Shown: one piece after another, positions 18,992-20,399 of the stretch
Position numbering within the stretch: the first letter of the stretch is position 1
Layout: the number at the start of each line of letters is the position of its first letter
DNA from: Gemmatimonadota bacterium
GTDB taxonomy: Bacteria; Latescibacterota; UBA2968; UBA8231
Reading direction: 5' to 3'
DNA: 20,399 nt
NCBI GenBank assembly: GCA_038128265.1
Contig: JAYPJE010000025.1
Coordinates: forward strand, 1 to 20,399
Position numbers and translations under genes: made by a program
Notes under the pieces: generated by a model
Database searches by the model: none
Told to the model about the DNA's origin: nothing
Seen by the model: only the letters and a program-made list of their open reading frames with translations

Positions 18992-20062
18992 ATGACGACG
19001 CAGGAATCATACGAAAAGGGTCTGGCCGCCGGTGAGGCTGCCGCTTCGGCTGCCGGCCCATCCGGACAGTCTGCCAACGGCGAAAAGCGCATGTATGTGC
19101 GCACGCAGGGCTTTGGCTCGAGCGATGCCGAACTGCGCTTCCTACAGCGCAACGGCGTGCGCCACAAGGCGGCGCGCTTTCCCTTTCACGAGGGCATCGG
19201 CTGGAAGCTCGACGAATTGGAACAGGAACGCGAGCGCCACGAGGCCTTTGGCATGACGCTCGATATGTCTTCGCTGCCCATTTACGAACACCTGCCCAAC
19301 ATCATCTACTACGGCAAGAGTCCCGAGCGCGATCGGGAGATCGACTTAGTCTGCGAAATGATTCGCACCGCATCGCGCGCCGGCATCGACTCGCTGCGCT
19401 ACAACACCTGTATCCTGCCCATTGATCGCACCGAACAGGAAGAGGGTCGCGGCGGCTTTATGCACACGGCGTTCCGACTCGATAAGGTGCCAGCCGAAGA
19501 GCAAGCCAAGCTGACCGACGCCGGTCGCGTCACGGCGGAAATGCACTGGGAGCGCATTGAGTACCTGCTCGAGCGCATGATCCCAGTCGCAGAAGAGTGC
19601 AAGGTGCGCATGGGCAATTCGCAGGAAGACCCGCCCGTTCCGCCCGGCTATAAGGGCGTCGACAAAGTGCTCAACGACTTTGAGGGTATGAAGCGCTTTA
19701 TCGAAATCCAGCGCAGTCCCTATCACGGCTGGAATTTCTGCGTCGGTTCGATTGCCGAAATGCTCGAAGATTCGGCCACCGAGGTATTCCCGTTTATCGA
19801 GTACTTCGGCAGCCGCGACACGATCTTTCTAGTCCACTATCGCAACCTGCTCGGCAAGCGCTACAGCTTCCGCGAGGCGCTGCCCGACGAGGGCGATATG
19901 GATTTCTTCAAAGTGCTTAAAGCGCTGAAAGACGTGGGCTACTGCTACGGCATCGACCCCGATCACGTGCCGCGCAGCGCCGACGATCCGCAGGGCTACT
20001 ACCAGTCGTACTCCTACTGCTTTGGCTATATCAATGCCATGATTCAGGCCGTATACGCCTAG
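18992..20062 (+). CDS. Mannonate dehydratase (UxuA/ManD)-like protein
   Basis: GAGG RBS before ATG 18992. Motifs ERDREID, AGIDSLRYN, LLERMIPVAEE, DPP, NFCVGS, VHYRN, FREALPDEGDMDF, PDHVP, GYINAMIQAV. The gene symbol is withheld because the HPDDP motif is altered. Confidence 0.85.
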   Translation: MTTQESYEKGLAAGEAAASAAGPSGQSANGEKRMYVRTQGFGSSDAELRFLQRNGVRHKAARFPFHEGIGWKLDELEQERERHEAFGMTLDMSSLPIYEHLPNIIYYGKSPERDREIDLVCEMIRTASRAGIDSLRYNTCILPIDRTEQEEGRGGFMHTAFRLDKVPAEEQAKLTDAGRVTAEMHWERIEYLLERMIPVAEECKVRMGNSQEDPPVPPGYKGVDKVLNDFEGMKRFIEIQRSPYHGWNFCVGSIAEMLEDSATEVFPFIEYFGSRDTIFLVHYRNLLGKRYSFREALPDEGDMDFFKVLKALKDVGYCYGIDPDHVPRSADDPQGYYQSYSYCFGYINAMIQAVYA

Positions 20063-20110
20063 GAGCTGCGCTAGGTAGACATCCAAGGTGAGAGTAAACG
20101 GGGGCGCCCC

Positions 20111-20399
20111 ATGGCCAATCTGCTGAATCGATATCCTTCTATCGAGGACCTGCGCCGGCGGGCCAAGGGGCGCATCCCCCATTTCGCCTGGGAGTACATC
20201 GACAGCGGCACCGGAGCCGACGAATGCGTCCAGCGCAACCGCGCCGCACTGCAGGCAATCACCTTGGTCCCGGAGTTTATGAAGGGCGCGTTCGAACCGC
20301 AGCTAGCCACGCGCCTCTTTGACATCGACTACGCCGTGCCCTTTGGCGTTTCACCGGTCGGTCTAACTGCACTTATGTGGCCGCGCGCCGAACGCATTT
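20111..20399 (+). CDS. FMN-dependent alpha-hydroxy acid oxidase/dehydrogenase (LldD-like); 3' end runs off the window
   Basis: Not in the ORF track. Hand translation: MANLLNRYPSIEDLRRRAKGRIPHFAWEYIDSGTGADECVQRNRAALQAITLVPEFMKG...TRLFDIDYAVPFGVSPVGLTALMWPRAERI, a typical N-terminus of this family. Confidence 0.9.
   Translation, partial: MANLLNRYPSIEDLRRRAKGRIPHFAWEYIDSGTGADECVQRNRAALQAITLVPEFMKGAFEPQLATRLFDIDYAVPFGVSPVGLTALMWPRAERI

Overview
Bacterial genomic window with about 15 protein genes and no recognisable rRNA, tRNA, CRISPR array or transposase. The FlgD-Ig/T9SS-like C-terminal domain and the gene content suggest an FCB-group host such as Latescibacterota (inference). Left block (1-6.6 kb): a partial KanJ-like PhyH dioxygenase (missing from the ORF track), a small possibly remnant ORF, a MocD-like membrane desaturase/oxygenase, then a two-gene unit. 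That unit encodes an unknown secreted protein with an internal two-fold repeat and a 1074-aa thermolysin-family (M4) protease with a propeller-like region and a sorting domain. It is preceded by a near-consensus CRP-type box in class II promoter geometry. Middle block (6.9-14.7 kb, minus strand, visibly lower GC): three hybrid histidine kinases, an OprO/P-like porin and a PhnD-fold binding protein with no ABC permease/ATPase, HPt or response regulator, i.e. a candidate porin-binding protein-kinase sensing system. Right block (15.0-20.4 kb, plus strand): six-hairpin glycosidase-like protein, ceramidase-like amidohydrolase, BtrR/RifK-like PLP aminotransferase, UxuA-like dehydratase with an altered metal site, and a partial FMN alpha-hydroxy acid oxidase (also missing from the track). 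This is a candidate catabolic route for an amino-sugar or aminocyclitol glycoside. All family calls come from motif recognition by eye; no searches were run.
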